The notes under the pieces were generated by a model. That model saw only the letters and a program-made list of their open reading frames with translations. It did not search any database and was not told where the DNA came from. The position numbers were made by a program, and so were the translations under genes. From Camelus dromedarius (taxonomy: Eukaryota): a stretch of DNA of 60,000 bases. The stretch spans positions 59,026,001 to 59,086,000 of the forward strand of contig NC_087437.1 in the NCBI RefSeq assembly GCF_036321535.1, written 5' to 3'. Positions 58,401 through 60,000 of the stretch are shown here, piece by piece; within the stretch, counting starts at the first letter, position 1, and every line of letters begins with the position of its first letter.

Positions 58401-59019
58401 GACCTGCAGGAATTGACGCTTGGCTCCAAGCATGTCTGCAACACCCTTCCTGGAAGCAGCGAGTGATGGGATTACTGTTTGGACCCCAGCTGTTTGGACC
58501 AGAGAGGAAGAGCCTGGGGCAGAAGGAAATCCCAGATGTGTATATGTCTGCTGGAGATGGAGGGGGAAGGGAACGAGAATAGAGCAGTTAATTCTTCAAA
58601 AATATTACCCACCGCCCAGTGCAATAAAGAGGCATATGCTACCCAAGAAATGTTCGCACTGTCTTATGTTTAAAGACTGGGAAAAAAAGGCATCAAAAGG
58701 ATAAGATCTTATTCTCTGAGGGGCTGCTCTGGTGAGACCTCAGGTAGGTATTTTTGTAGGTTCCTCTCATGAGACAAAGTAGAAGATGGGAATATCTTCC
58801 TCTTGCAAGACTCAAAGCTTCAGAGGTCTGGGAGGACAGCTAAACCTTCATGAACACTCTTCAGAGAAAGAAAGGGGAAAAGGAATTGAAGGCCAACAGA
58901 ACTGGTGAATCATTACTAATTAAATTGCTCTGTCTTCCCTGACTCTCTGGCTTTATTAAATAAACACAGATGATCTTAGTAAAATAAGTTTTGGATGACT
59001 TTATGATGTCCTGTTACCA

Positions 59020-59160
59020 GCACTGGAGCCAGGAGTCCTGGGTTCCAATTTCAGGCATGTCTCTAACTAGCTGTGTGACCTTGGGCAGTCCTGGCCCTTC
59101 TCTGAGCCTTAGCTGTCCTGTTTACATAACCAGAGGACTGAACTCACTTGTACAAGTCTC
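59020..59160 (+). mobile_element. MIR relic
   Basis: ctggagccaggagtcctgggttccaat..ctaactagctgtgtgaccttgggcagtc..cttctctgagccttag. Confidence 0.8.
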
Positions 59161-60000
59161 TCTGTTCTGAAGTTGACATTTCTTCCATTTTAGACCTATA
59201 AAATATGTCCCCTCTTTCTATTTCTCTGCCCCTGAATTTTACTTTTTGAATTACTTCAGTCCTCATCTTCTCTTTATTTTTTCTTCTCATTCTATCTGCT
59301 CAGCCAAGCAAGGCATTTATTTGTCCGGCCATTTTCCAGACTCTTGACTTAGGTTTACAGAGTACGTTCTGCCCACTGAATCTGTTCAGAAATTGAACTT
59401 CCTTGGCTAGGATTCCAGCAGCCAACAGATCTTGGAAACTGTGCCGTCTAGGATCCTTTCCAGGCCTGAAGGGGGTGAGACCCAGGGACTCTGATGCAGG
59501 AGATGTCTTGCTGACTGTTACCCGACTGTAGCATCCTCCCACAATGTTTCCCATTTGAATGACCCTGTTAATGAAATCAGTTTTCACAAGGGAAAGTAAA
59601 TCCAACAGTAATGTGAAGTGCCCTTAAAAAAAGAGCGTGATCAAGCTAAGACCGCGGCAGTCGTTGTGCTGGGATGGAGATCAGTCAGTCAGTCCCCCAG
59701 CTCAGCCGTCTTTGCACAGTCTTGATATTTTGTATATTTTTGGACCCCCTTCAAATTCATGGACTCCATGATAAGGACCTTGATATATATGCACGTTATC
59801 AAAGGTCAGGAGACCTATTCCTTGAAGACAAAACACCTGGATGAATGACTGAGTTTTCCACTTAAGAAATGATGTCTTGACATCATCTTAGCTCAGATGG
59901 AATGATGCACCACATAACCACAGCACCCCAGGCACGCCCAAGCAAGTGGTCAGGTGTACACAGAAGGCTCTTCTTCAGCCTGCGGAGCTGCTTGTGATGT

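Noticed and set aside
1..60000. CRISPR arrays, prokaryotic defence systems, rRNA or a second protein-coding gene
   Set aside because: This is eutherian DNA with spliceosomal introns. I found no repeat-spacer arrays, and the remaining ORFs are short, repeat-derived or unrecognisable.

Overview
Mammalian (eutherian) genomic DNA, most likely a camelid: it carries four tRNA-derived SINEs resembling the camelid vic-1 family and artiodactyl-type L1 3' ends. The only protein-coding gene I can support is HES1 (+ strand, 4 coding exons at 12305-12412, 12556-12651, 12887-12974 and 13630-14180; 843 nt, 280 aa; bHLH-Orange-WRPW Notch effector). Its canonical promoter is visible: a paired RBPJ/CSL site with a 16-bp spacer, four N-boxes, CCAAT boxes and a TATA box. 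A short 3'UTR ends at AATAAA 14527. CpG islands flank the gene upstream (~9.9-11.2 kb) and downstream (~16.8-18.0 kb). The rest is gene-desert DNA made of MIR, L2, L1, MaLR LTR and hAT relics, microsatellites and several enhancer-like blocks. I found no convincing new protein-coding system. The best leads are regulatory or evolutionary: a cap-proximal uORF, substitutions flanking the WRPW motif, an RBPJ/N-box/MEF2 cluster in intron 3, promoter-like flanking CpG islands, and several well-preserved insertion or repair scars. Repeat family names and human comparisons come from memory and need a RepeatMasker run or alignment to confirm.
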